A stretch of 64,000 nucleotides of DNA from Fibrobacterales bacterium (GTDB lineage: Bacteria > Fibrobacterota > Fibrobacteria > Fibrobacterales > JAOPTW01), in contig JAOPTW010000027.1 of the NCBI GenBank assembly GCA_051532035.1, positions 96,001 to 160,000 of the forward strand. Reading direction: 5' to 3'. The position numbers and the translations under genes are program-made. This document shows, piece after piece, positions 30,137 through 41,700 of this stretch; the first letter of the stretch is position 1; every line of letters begins with the position of its first letter. Below the pieces are notes generated by a model. The model saw only the letters and a program-made list of their open reading frames with translations, was not told where the DNA came from and did not search any database.

Positions 30137-31258
30137 ATGAAACAAGCAATCATCTACTCCCTCTTTTTTTCTGCACTTTCTGCGCTTGTAGGCTGTGGCA
30201 CGGGTACTGTTGAAAGTGGCACTATTCTTGGTTTGGAGTCATCCAATACGGCACAGCAACTCTCATCTTCACAAACACAGCTCAGTTCTTCTCAACCCCC
30301 AACGATAACCCCCTCTTCACAAGAGACCACTCCCACCACGTCAAGTAACCAAGACACATCAATCTCTTCGCATGATCAAGCCTCTGTGTCATCCTCCCTT
30401 GAAACCACACCATCTTCTACCATCAACCAATCATCAGCGGGTGCTTCATCAAGTGTACACACCCCCCTTTCGAGCAGCAGCGTGGATGTTCGCTTTGAAG
30501 GCTCTGATAGAGTTAACAAATTTATCGATGGGTCTATTGAATATGCATACGGAACAAGGGATACTCCAGACTCAACGAAAACAGTCGACGGAGCTGGTCT
30601 GTTAAAAGACAACCACTATTTTGACACTCAGGGTACTCGTATTCGTTGGGAAGAGTATGATCCTACAGGTACCTATTTTTATAGAATTCAGGAGTATACA
30701 AATGATGCTGTCACTAAAATAACACAGTACCTTGGCCCCGATTCTCTTGACTATATTCAAAATAGCGACACCAACGAACAACCAATCGACCTTACGAAAT
30801 ATGAAAATAACAAGAAAAAAACATTACAGTATTACGACTCATTAGGGCAGATTACATCACAGATCCAATTCAATGTACTTGAAGTAAAAAGTACAGAGAT
30901 CAATTACGCAAACGGCGTTAAAAGTGAAAGTATTGCCTATCAAGCTGATGCTATTACCCGAAAAACGTATTCTACTTACGACACTCAGGAAGTTATTACG
31001 CAACAAACTACCTACCAAGCCGATGGCTCCACTCTCAAAACAGTCAGTAATTTTACCCCCAACAGCTCAGTGAAAGGGTATCAAATGACACAACAGTTCA
31101 AATACAATTCTGATGGTACGATTGATGTTGAATTTTACTTTCATGCAGATGGCTGGGAAGAGAAACAGGTGCAATACAAATATGGCACTAATAAGAAAGT
31201 GACAATTTTCCTTAATGCTGCTGGTGATACTCTTGGAAGGGAAGAGGTTGGTCTATAA
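30137..31258 (+). CDS. Lipoprotein with S/T-rich linker and Y-x-x-D-G beta-hairpin repeats
   Basis: ALVGC lipobox; repeats YQADA/YQADG/YNSDG/FHADG. Confidence 0.7.
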   Translation: MKQAIIYSLFFSALSALVGCGTGTVESGTILGLESSNTAQQLSSSQTQLSSSQPPTITPSSQETTPTTSSNQDTSISSHDQASVSSSLETTPSSTINQSSAGASSSVHTPLSSSSVDVRFEGSDRVNKFIDGSIEYAYGTRDTPDSTKTVDGAGLLKDNHYFDTQGTRIRWEEYDPTGTYFYRIQEYTNDAVTKITQYLGPDSLDYIQNSDTNEQPIDLTKYENNKKKTLQYYDSLGQITSQIQFNVLEVKSTEINYANGVKSESIAYQADAITRKTYSTYDTQEVITQQTTYQADGSTLKTVSNFTPNSSVKGYQMTQQFKYNSDGTIDVEFYFHADGWEEKQVQYKYGTNKKVTIFLNAAGDTLGREEVGL

Positions 31259-31283
31259 AGTATATGCCTCAATGAGGCTATGC

Positions 31284-33557
31284 TTATTGAGGGCGTCCAA
31301 AGAAGTTCACATCAATTAGATCTGCTCTACTAGAACCGTTTACCGCGGTAATACAGACACGATACTTTGTGTAATACCCTGGTTGTGAAAGCACAAAAGA
31401 GGTATAAGCAGAAGCCTTAGGGTCAGACGAAAACCATTCATCCCCAATAGTAATATCGCTTTGACTATCTAACACATCCCATTTCACATCAGTCATTAAA
31501 TCATCGACTACCGCCAGTTCCTCATTACTCCCCTGAAGTTCCCAATTTTTTGGAAGTCTATCTTTTAAGGTATCATACCTACCACGAAATTCATATTTTA
31601 AAACTCTTTGGGGGACAGTAAACACATATTGAATATGAGCGGAACCCGTTACTGGGCGAAATATGTGTGCAGACATCCATTGCGTCCAATTACCCGCACT
31701 ATCAAACAATTGCCAAACAGGATAAGTAATATTAACATTATTTGCCGTTGCCACTGCTGCATCAGGACCAGTTAATATATCCGTTATATTCACTACAGGT
31801 TTCTCCATGAGTTGAATTTCTGTAATATCGACCACTTGAGATCCATTTACCTCTTGGACACAAAGCCTATAGAACAAGTAATCCTTAGGGTCAGCTATCG
31901 TAAAAGCAATGGTATCATAATTTGAAGCTGATTGCCATTCGTGCCCTACTTCAATAGAATCCCGAATATCAAGAGTAGTCCAAGAGCCATGATCTAACAC
32001 ATCACCCACACGTACACTTTCATCGTTGCTCGCCTGAAGTATCCATTTTTTGGGAAGCCTATTTCTTAAAGTATCATTGCGACCCATGATTCTGTACTCT
32101 TTAATTCGTTTTGATTCATTAAAGTGATACATAATATTTGCCGTTGAACCCACCGTGTCAAATGCATTTGTTGAAACCCATGCCTTATCCATATCAAAGT
32201 CTCTGTCAAAAGCCAGCCAGCCAGGATATGACGCATTATATATTGAAGTTGTCGTAACTTCTATTGTTCCCTCTCCTTTAGCTGTGACCATAGAATCAGT
32301 TGCAACAACAAGTGAAGTATCTATTATAGAAGGAAGAGGATTTCTCACCACCGGTTCAGACGATGATGATACAATCACTGACGAAGAGGATGGCTCTTTC
32401 ACAGAGGAAGAAGACTCAACTACCGATGACGAAGACTCAATCTGCGAAGAAGAAACTACCATATCAGGCCCGGAAGAACTTGAAGAAAGCTCAATCTCAC
32501 TAGACAAGAGAGAGTCACTAATCACTGTATCGTCTAATGCAGTATCAACGATTGTGGAATCAATTGCCGCAGAAGACAAAGCAGAACTTGATAGTATCGC
32601 CGAAGAACTTTCAAATAGTGAGTCAACCACTGTATCTGTAGCTACACTACTCAATACCACTGAGTCTGATGAAGAAACGACAACCTCAGCTGATGAAAAG
32701 CTCAGCACTACCTCGTCATAACTCGACAGCCCAATTGCTACAGGGTCGGGACGCGCAATACACACGTTATTCGTCCAATCAAACATCTGAGTCGTGGTAC
32801 ATTCACGAGCTCGGTCCAGAAACTCCACACACTTGAGGGTATCGCCCATTGGGCATCCATACGAATAGGCTTCAATAATTTTAATGGAGACCGTATCAAT
32901 CATCTCTTTTGCCGGGTCTACAATAAGCTCCTCTACAGTAAACTCTTCAGGTAGGCCAGTGCCCCCTATAGTCGTAAACGTAAAGATGATATCATATTCA
33001 CCTTCTGGCATATTTGGAATAACAACCGATCCATCTGCATCTCTGACATAGCTCACCGGTTTGCCCGCTACAGTTACTGCAACTGAAACTGTTGAGTCTT
33101 CGGTAACCTGAAATACAACATCTTTTGCCGGCTTAAGTGAAACGGCACTATCAGAGTCACTTTTATGAGAAACAGAGTCTACCCAGATCGAGAAGGCATC
33201 AAAACCAGAAGCCCACTCCGCAATCATAAAATAGTGCTCATTGGTATCTACTTCAATCTCAACTTTACCTTTTTTATTAGTATGCCCAAAGCCTGCCCAA
33301 TTATCGGCAACAAGGTCTGAAACAGAGCCCTTTGCAGCAAAAGCAGATGCCGCTTCTTGTGGATCATATTGATACAGCGTAACCGTTGCTCCAGATAAGG
33401 TATCTCCATTGGGACCCGTGATCGTTGCCGTAATAACATTATCCGTTCCTACAGTTGAACTAATATCATCAACACCACGAGCACAACTTATAATAGCGAC
33501 AACAAAACATGCCCCAAAAAGTAGTGTGAAAAGATTTCTCAAAAAATGACTACCCAT
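31284..33557 (-). CDS. Lipoprotein with carboxypeptidase-regulatory-like domain, Ser-rich linker and two discoidin/F5-8C (CBM32-like) domains
   Basis: IISC lipobox; WLAFD..WVS..PKKWILQASND..YRLCV occurs twice; start overlaps the TIGR02147 stop. Confidence 0.75.
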   Translation of the reverse strand: MGSHFLRNLFTLLFGACFVVAIISCARGVDDISSTVGTDNVITATITGPNGDTLSGATVTLYQYDPQEAASAFAAKGSVSDLVADNWAGFGHTNKKGKVEIEVDTNEHYFMIAEWASGFDAFSIWVDSVSHKSDSDSAVSLKPAKDVVFQVTEDSTVSVAVTVAGKPVSYVRDADGSVVIPNMPEGEYDIIFTFTTIGGTGLPEEFTVEELIVDPAKEMIDTVSIKIIEAYSYGCPMGDTLKCVEFLDRARECTTTQMFDWTNNVCIARPDPVAIGLSSYDEVVLSFSSAEVVVSSSDSVVLSSVATDTVVDSLFESSSAILSSSALSSAAIDSTIVDTALDDTVISDSLLSSEIELSSSSSGPDMVVSSSQIESSSSVVESSSSVKEPSSSSVIVSSSSEPVVRNPLPSIIDTSLVVATDSMVTAKGEGTIEVTTTSIYNASYPGWLAFDRDFDMDKAWVSTNAFDTVGSTANIMYHFNESKRIKEYRIMGRNDTLRNRLPKKWILQASNDESVRVGDVLDHGSWTTLDIRDSIEVGHEWQSASNYDTIAFTIADPKDYLFYRLCVQEVNGSQVVDITEIQLMEKPVVNITDILTGPDAAVATANNVNITYPVWQLFDSAGNWTQWMSAHIFRPVTGSAHIQYVFTVPQRVLKYEFRGRYDTLKDRLPKNWELQGSNEELAVVDDLMTDVKWDVLDSQSDITIGDEWFSSDPKASAYTSFVLSQPGYYTKYRVCITAVNGSSRADLIDVNFFGRPQ

Positions 33558-34413
33558 CTGTGTCCTCATGCGTTCCTTTTTCATTTTTATCACTCATAGG
33601 AAAAAACTGGATATTGAGCTGGAACACCCGATCTTTATTCCGAACCTCAGCTTCTTCGTGTACAATATTAATAATCTCTTCCTGAACTACCATTATTTTC
33701 TTCTTTATTCTCATCAAAGCATGGTCAGTGGCAGCCACAGTTTGAGTAATTATATGGCGTTCCTCGCGAGGCACATTTTTAAGCGCTTCCTTTCCCTGAT
33801 CCATCATAAGCCCTTGATAATCATGAATAGCCTGAACACCCACCTCAGCTGCCCCCATCATAGATATATCTGATGGGCGCCAAAAGCCTTGTGCATCCTC
33901 AATAATGAGTTCTAACTTTTTAAGAAGGGTAATGGATGCTCGAGCCTCGGCCGACCGAATAGGTGGATTGACAAAACGAGCCAACTCTTTTATATCGTCC
34001 TTAAAGTCCAAGACCGAAAGGGCCTGATGCACTGCAATATGATGCCATTTACTAAAAAACTTCATCTGATCTTTTTTAAGCTGCTTGGTACCTGCCGGCT
34101 GTAGCTGCATCATTTTTTTAAAAATCAACTCTCGCTCGCTGGAGTCTGTTTCGTGGGTGTAAGCCACAATAAGTTCAAAATAGTTTGACTGTGAGACACT
34201 CAGCTTAAGTGCTTTTACAAATTTTGGGATATAATTAGGCGTTAAGTTATTAACCCCTTCGACAATATTCTTGTAGAGCCCCGAGGAGTTATACCCTGCA
34301 ATACGTGCAAAAAAACGATACGAAAACTTCGAATCCACTTTTTTACGCTCACTATAATAGTCACGTAAATAGTGACGATAATTATAGTAGTTAAATATAT
34401 CGGGTAACTTCAT
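33550..34413 (-). CDS. TIGR02147 family (DUF4423) protein
   Basis: IFNYYNYRHYLRDYY..FSYRFFARIAG..FFSKWHHIAV..VFQLNIQFFP is the Fibrobacter paralogous family signature. Confidence 0.9.
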   Translation of the reverse strand: MKLPDIFNYYNYRHYLRDYYSERKKVDSKFSYRFFARIAGYNSSGLYKNIVEGVNNLTPNYIPKFVKALKLSVSQSNYFELIVAYTHETDSSERELIFKKMMQLQPAGTKQLKKDQMKFFSKWHHIAVHQALSVLDFKDDIKELARFVNPPIRSAEARASITLLKKLELIIEDAQGFWRPSDISMMGAAEVGVQAIHDYQGLMMDQGKEALKNVPREERHIITQTVAATDHALMRIKKKIMVVQEEIINIVHEEAEVRNKDRVFQLNIQFFPMSDKNEKGTHEDTDG

Positions 34414-34775
34414 CCCAGCCCTACCTTTGTCTCAGTCAATAGTTACGCCATTGACTCCACCTCGACATTTTCTGCTCTTACAAACAGTGCGAAAATACTT
34501 CAAAGCATTCCCCACATGTCGAACAGCAGTTGAGATTACAGTCTATGAAGAACACTCATGACAAAAAACACCACGACAGTCTTCATAGGCCAAACCAACC
34601 ACTGTTTAAATAATTTTAGAAAATTTTAACCGATCGTCACTCGACTACCACTATTTTGTGTGTAAAAACACCTAATACCTGTTTAAATGAGTGTTTAATC
34701 TGGCATAAAGACCTAATAAAAGGTCTTTTTTACAGAAGCAGCATTAAGTACGTTTAAGCAATTATATGGATTATG

Positions 34776-35573
34776 TTATTTTCTATTGAGACTTTTAGGA
34801 TGAATTTGATCGAAAAGCGCCCAAAAGGTATCAACCCCGACGGCTTCTGCGCGTATCGCCTCTTCAAGACCCACTGTCTTGAGCCCCTCTTTTATGAGAT
34901 CCTTAGGGTAGAGCGAACTCAAGCTATTGTAGAGAGTTTTTCTTTTTTGAGCAAAACACTGCTTGGCAAACGCCATAAATTCTGGAGTCAATTCACGACA
35001 GTTTTCTTTATGGGTAATCATCATCGTCGCCGACATAACATTTGGCCGCGGTGTAAAATTTTCTGGACCAATCTTGCGAAGAACACGAGCATCAGCATAC
35101 GAGTTAACAAGCACTGTAAGAAACCCATAGTCTCTACAACCCGGATCTGCACAAACACGCTTTGCAACTTCATACTGCACCATCGCCATGATGCCACTAC
35201 TTTTTGAGAGATGCGGAAGCATTGAAGTGAGAATAGGAGTCGCCATATTATAGGGAAGATTCCCAACAATAGTCGCCCCAGGGTTTTCTTCAAGGTAACC
35301 CGCAAGGTCAAAGTCGAGAAAATTCTTATTAATCACCGTAAGAAACCGGTGTTTCAGCTTCACATTAAGATACTGCACGCACTTCTCATCGATCTCAACA
35401 GCAGTAACATGCCCCGCCTTGTTAAGCATCTTATGAGTGAGCGCACCATGGCCCGGACCAACCTCCAATACCGCATCATCACGAGTGAGTTCAACGTCAT
35501 CAGCAATTGCCTGAATAATAGCATCGTTATTTAAAAAATTTTGTCCGAACTTTCTTCTTCTATTTCTATCCAT
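34776..35573 (-). CDS. rsmA: 16S rRNA m6,2A1518/1519 dimethyltransferase
   Basis: FGQNFL, VLEVGPGHGALT, VGNLPYN, FAQKRKTL. Confidence 0.95.
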   Translation of the reverse strand: MDRNRRRKFGQNFLNNDAIIQAIADDVELTRDDAVLEVGPGHGALTHKMLNKAGHVTAVEIDEKCVQYLNVKLKHRFLTVINKNFLDFDLAGYLEENPGATIVGNLPYNMATPILTSMLPHLSKSSGIMAMVQYEVAKRVCADPGCRDYGFLTVLVNSYADARVLRKIGPENFTPRPNVMSATMMITHKENCRELTPEFMAFAKQCFAQKRKTLYNSLSSLYPKDLIKEGLKTVGLEEAIRAEAVGVDTFWALFDQIHPKSLNRK

Positions 35574-35702
35574 TGTGACTCTCAACTCTTCTCTTTTTTA
35601 TGCATGACCTGTGCTGAATATTTTTAGTCTATCAGGAAATATAAGTACGTTTTAAATCCTTAATTTTTGTAGATTTAAGCACTGTACGGCCCATAGTATT
35701 GT

Positions 35703-38700
35703 GTGCCGGTTTTTAATGTATTAACTGTGATTACCCGGATACTGATGCAGCTTAAACAGTTCAGCGTTATTGGCTTCAAATCTACATTATTATGGCTCAT
35801 AATTGGGTGCTTTTTCATAGGCACGGTAATGGGCTCTACCAGTCAGATTGAATACCTCAAAACTCCAGAACGGGTCAAACCACTCCAAAATATCCTCCCC
35901 AAAAAGGGCATTTTAACCCACCCTCAGTGGGGCTATCTCAAATTCCCAGCCAAAAACCTCTCGATAGATCATACGGTAAACTTTGAGAAACGGGAAATGG
36001 TTATTACCGCATCCTTCAATAACAGCAGAAACAAGCAGAAAACCCCACTCTGGAAGAGCTATTATCGCGAACTTGCCAATTACACCTTCGAGATGAATGA
36101 CCTTATTTTAAAGAAAATATGGCTTGAATCCCTAATTGGTCAAGAAAACCCAAGTTCAGTGGGCCAAGGCGACAATCATTTCGAACTCGAGATTCCCATA
36201 AAAATGCCCCAGTGGCTCAAAGATGTGGGGATTCCAAAGCCGACAATCGACATTACCGGTGACCTCAATATTCAACTGAAAGGTGTGGGCAAAAAAAATA
36301 CACGAGACCCCCTTCACAACTCCCTCTGGCCCAACTTTGACCCCAAATTTACACCAAACTTTTCAGTAAAAGGATCGATCGGTAAAAACCTCTCTATTCA
36401 GATCAACAACCAAGAAGGGTTTCAAATTGCCGATCAACTTAAGATTGTCTATCAGGAGTCTGAGCCCAACGAGTTTGAAGACAACATTATTCAGCGTATT
36501 GAAGCCGGAAACACTTCTCTCTCTCTCGAAGGAACACGCCTCACTGGGTACTCCGAAAACCATCAGGGCCTCTTTGGTATTAAAGGCGAATTTAAATTTG
36601 GTGACCTTTATCTCACGGCAATTGCATCACAAGAAGGAGGCTCTTCTCATAAGCAATCCCTCAATTCAGAATACACCGACAGTGAATTCAAAATACAAGA
36701 AAGTGAATTTGTTGATGGGAAGCACTTCTTCCTCTCTATGGACGACCGCACTGAATACGTAACAAAAAGAGTCCTTGGCCAACAATTAAGTCTTAAAACC
36801 AAACGCAACCTTACCATCTATGTTTCGGTGCCACGCGAAAACAAGAGTGATGGCAGAAGCTACTACAAAAACCTCACCGGATACTTTGCCCATAACTTAC
36901 AAGACACAAAAAACAAATACATAATGAAAGAGCTCAAAAAAGATGAGTTCACCTATGATTCAAAAACCGGTATACTCTCACTGACTCGCCCCTATAGAAG
37001 CAGTCGTATTGGTGCATGGTGGGAAGACCTCTCTGTGAGCGACAAAAAACTCACCCGCCCGATTGGCGGTAACGAAGGGGAAGGCAGTACCGGTGTAATC
37101 ATTTTTAAATCAACAACCTTGATCCCCGACCTTAATCTCTTAATGCTGCGCAACCGCTATGCTGTTGGCTATACCGGCGAGAGTAAAAATGATTTTCAAC
37201 TGGAACTCATTAAAAGTAGTGACCAATCACCAACCAATCTCGCTGCCCTTCTTAAAGACACCCTTGGAGTAACCCTCCCCAAAGAAAATGAAAAAGATTT
37301 TAATGGACAGACCGGCGAGTTAATCCTCCCGTGTAAAGTTGCCCCTCCAACTGCTCAGAGCAACAGCGACTCACTCGCCTTTTACCAAAAGGCTTGTCTC
37401 GAACCTATGCGTCATATCATCCCCGAAAGCTCTGCAAACCAACTCTACACCAATAGTTCGACACTCCTCAAAAAATTTGAATCGTATTACTCTTTTAAAG
37501 TAAAAGGGAAACGAAAAAATACTCAGATCAATCTCAACAGTGGTACCCATTCACTTAATTCAGGTGGCTGTATGGATATCGCAGAGGGCTCTGAGCGACT
37601 CACCATAAAGGGTGCGGGCACAGTGCTTCAGCGCGGTAAAGATTATGACGTACTCTATGAACTCGGACAAATTAACCTAACCTCTGATAGGGCCCGTGAC
37701 CCCAACACCGAAATTGAAGTAGAGTACGAATGTCAGCCTCTCTTTCAAATTGAGAACAAATTTTTACTGGGCCTCCGCGCCAAATACCCCTTAGAATCTT
37801 TTGGCAACGGCTCACTTCTTGGCGCTACGGTACTCTATAAAGGGCAATCCCTTAAGGCACGCCGCCCTCAGTACGATCAGACTCCCTACTCTTCATTTCT
37901 CTGGGGCTCAAATCTACTACTCAAAGACAGCTCACATATCATGTCGAAAGCAATCAACGTCCTTCCCTTTATCAAAACGAAATCACCTTCACGTTGGACT
38001 CTCGAAATGGAGATAGCGCAATCGTATCACAACCCCAACACTTCAGGCGACGCCCTAGTTGAGGATTTTGAAGGCTCTTCTCGCACCATACCCTACAGTA
38101 TGTATCGCTCGTCATGGCATAGAGCGTCACCGCCCCTTAGTAACGACCCACTCAACCCTCTCGATTATCGCTACCAAGCACGAGAGTTTATCTGGCATTC
38201 AAATCACGAGAAGCGACGAGGCGACATCTTTTCATCAATCAAAGAGAAGTATGATCAAAATACTCGCATACCTATTTTAGAACTGAAGATTAAGCCTATT
38301 AACCGCGAAGGCAAGAACTGGGGAGCTATCATGCGGGCAAACTCAGACTATGCAAGTGACCTGAGTGACGAATATGAATACATTGAGATTGTTGCAAATG
38401 GTAGTAGTGGACAGCTCCTGATAGACTTTGGCCAAATCTCGGAAGATCTCTCAATTAACGGTTATGAGCCAAACCAAGAGCTCAATTCAGAGCAGACGGA
38501 AGGGAATATTAGCCCCGATCACGATGATGGTCTTGACGGACTCCCCGATGAACTAGAAAAACGTAAAGAGTGGCTCTGTTACAGTACGTGCAACAACTCT
38601 AATACCATAACATGGGACGCTAAAACCAACCCCGACCCTGCACTCGATAACTGGAGTGAACAAGAGTATGCCTCTGACCCAACCTATCAGATTAACGGTA

Positions 38701-41700
38701 CACAAAACAACGCTGCACGAACCGTCTACGACACAGAAGATATTAGTAGAGATGGGCTCCTGCAAACAACCAATGCCTTTGTCCGCTATACCATCGACTT
38801 TTCTGATGACATGGTCAATGCCGACAATGGAGTCCAAGTCATTGAGCAACAAGGAAGTGGTCAAAACTTCTGGAAAATTTACCGCATCAATCTTAAAAAG
38901 TACAGCGATGTCTACCCCATGGGCGCCAATCTTACCCAGATACTCCAAAATGCTAAATTTACTCGATTGACCCTTACGGGAACCTCCAGTGAAACAGAAG
39001 TGAGGCTTGCCCGCTTTAATATTGTCGGAAGTCAGTGGGAGACTGATTTTTTAACCGACATAGCTACTGGCGATACGATCAAAACCCTCCAAGAGAACTT
39101 CACCTCAAATGGTTCCGCCACTACAACTTCCTTCGCCTCTGAAACAGAAGAGAGTGGCGGTCGTGTTTTTGTTGACGTTATCGACAATAAAGATGATAAT
39201 GACATCTACTTCCCTTCTAACAATACTGTTACTGAAATTGAAGATGATGATACTGGTGCCAAAAGAAGAGAACAAGCACTGATTATTAACTACTCTGCTA
39301 TTGAACCTGGCCAGCAGGCATTTATCACCCGTAAATTTGAATCTCAACAATTTGACCTTACTAATTATAAAAGCCTGAAGATGGAGATCCACCATGTCGA
39401 CTCAACACTTGGTGCCTTTAACGACCCCGGGGTGCGCTTTGCCATACAGATCGGCTCTGACCCGACCAATAAAGACTCGTATTATGAATGGTCATTCAGG
39501 CCTACCCCACAAAGCTGTAGCTCGGATAAAGCCTGCCATAGTAGCAACTGGGATGACAATGCTTTCGCCTTAGCATTAAATCAATGGCCCAAACTTAAGA
39601 ACCACCCTGATTGGTCTCCCGTTATAGACACCTCTATTCGGTACATTTTGCAAGATGGATCATATCAAGCTGCTGACCTAAATTATAAACGACAACTCAA
39701 AATATTGCACGACGCTATTGAGTCGTCGGAAGAAACTACTGAACGAGCAGAGATGATTACCCTTCGTGGTAACCCATCAATCAGTAACATTAGTTGGATG
39801 CGTATCGTTATTATGGTAGATGATGAAGAGCTCTCCGACGACCCTCGAACCGTATCCGGTGAGTTTTGGATCAATGACCTCAGGCTCGATGGCATTCGTG
39901 ATGGCTGGGGAACCTCAGCGCGATCTCGTATTCAACTTGAATTTGGCGATGTCCTTACTCTCAGTACCGATGTTACCTATCAAAATGGTAACTTTGCCCC
40001 GCTTCAGTCCAACTCTGGTTCAGCTAAAAAATCACCCGCCCAGTCATCATCCTTAATGCAATACAACGCAAGTGCCCAGTTTCACCTCAACAAGTTTTTA
40101 AAGGATGAGTGGAAATTTAGAATCCCCTTTATGATCTCGACCAGTATGAATGTGACCCGGCCCTTTACTCAGCCAAATTCTGATATACTACTCTCAAACG
40201 ATGATTTTCTTGGTCTCTCAAAAGACTTCTATGATCACATAACGAATCAAGAGAATATCTACACCGAAGATCAACAAGACACGAACTATGCTGGCCCTAA
40301 TATTGGCGATGAAGAGGACTTGAGGTCAGAGAGTCAGAGTGAAGGATTCCAGACGGTACAGTTAAGAAAACAACTCAGTGTCAGTTTTGCGAAAGAGTAT
40401 GTACGCCATAAATCACTCCCTGTAGAGCTCCTCTCTCAAGCATTCCTTGAGCGACCAACACTCTCGTATAAGTACGTTGAATCAGAGAACTTTTCACCAA
40501 CCTCAATTGATACCAGCTACACCTATAGCACCTCTGCAAAGTATAAGTTTGGCCAGCTTAAAGCGAGCAAATTCCGCCCCTTCTCTCGCTTCAAAAAGTC
40601 TAAAAATTCATGGATAAAATCATTCTCCAAAACCTCATTTTCTCCCTGGCCCGAAACCTTTGATGTTACTCTTGCTGATTTCTCATTTAATAAACGCCTC
40701 ACCAACAACCGTTCTGTCGATTCTCCCAGCTTTACTCATAGAGAGACCGACTACGGGCTTGACCTCAAGCACTCAATAAACATGCGCTGGAAAATGTTTA
40801 ACTTTTTAACCGCATCCTACGATCTCACCATTAACCGTGACTTTAACGATTTTCACGCCGACTTTGCCAAAGAGGCACTCTTTGATAGTGAACGGGGTGG
40901 CGGACTCTTTGGTATTGGCCGTATCACCAGTCTTGACACTAATGAGCACGCACGACGCTTTTTACTAAAAGATAGCTTAGGTGATTATGAAGACATTACC
41001 TACCACGATGAACGACTTTCTCGATTTAATAACTTTGACACCGTCCTCATTGATCCTGCTCTTATTGATGGGTCTGATTATGGGATTTTGCTCAATGAGT
41101 TTAAACGGTCACAAAACATGAAGCTCAACTACAGCCCTCAATTTGTTGATTTTGTAACAACGCGTTTTATCCTTCAGTCTCAATTTAATCATAACCGCAA
41201 CAATTCCAACTTTATGGATGACACAACCGACACCTATTGGAGCCTTAACCAAACCAATAGTTTTCAGGCGACTGCCACACTGAAACTCCAAAAACTCTTT
41301 GACTTTAGTGCAACCAAAAGTGTTTCTAAGTTCTTGAAAAAAATGAAGTGGTCAAGTTTACGCAGTACCTGGAAGGTGAACCTCAACACATCGGGAGAAG
41401 AGTATACTTTTGCAGATTTAGAACGCCAAGGCGTTTCGGCAGGGGATTACTATAAATACTCTTTTGGACTTGCCGATGGCGGAGGCTGGCGACATCCTGG
41501 TAATATTATCACTGGAGACATGGGGAAAGAGAGTTGTGAAGAGTACAGTACTTTTGCAAACTACTGTAACAAAGAGCTCTTTTATCTACAAAACCCTTCT
41601 GACTCTTCCGGCTTTAGAAACAAAGACCCCAATCAGATCATAAACAAACACCTCCTCCCTACACCACGGGTTGGTACCAACAAATTTACCCAGGATATCG

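Noticed and set aside
32155..32721. 188-aa + strand ORF and similar short antisense ORFs throughout the track
   Set aside because: Shadow frames of longer genes with recognisable domains, here opposite a Ser-rich linker.
34543..34589. Inverted repeat ctatgaaga...tcttcatag upstream of TIGR02147 as a riboswitch
   Set aside because: Only a 9-bp stem with a long loop, and no known riboswitch consensus recognised.
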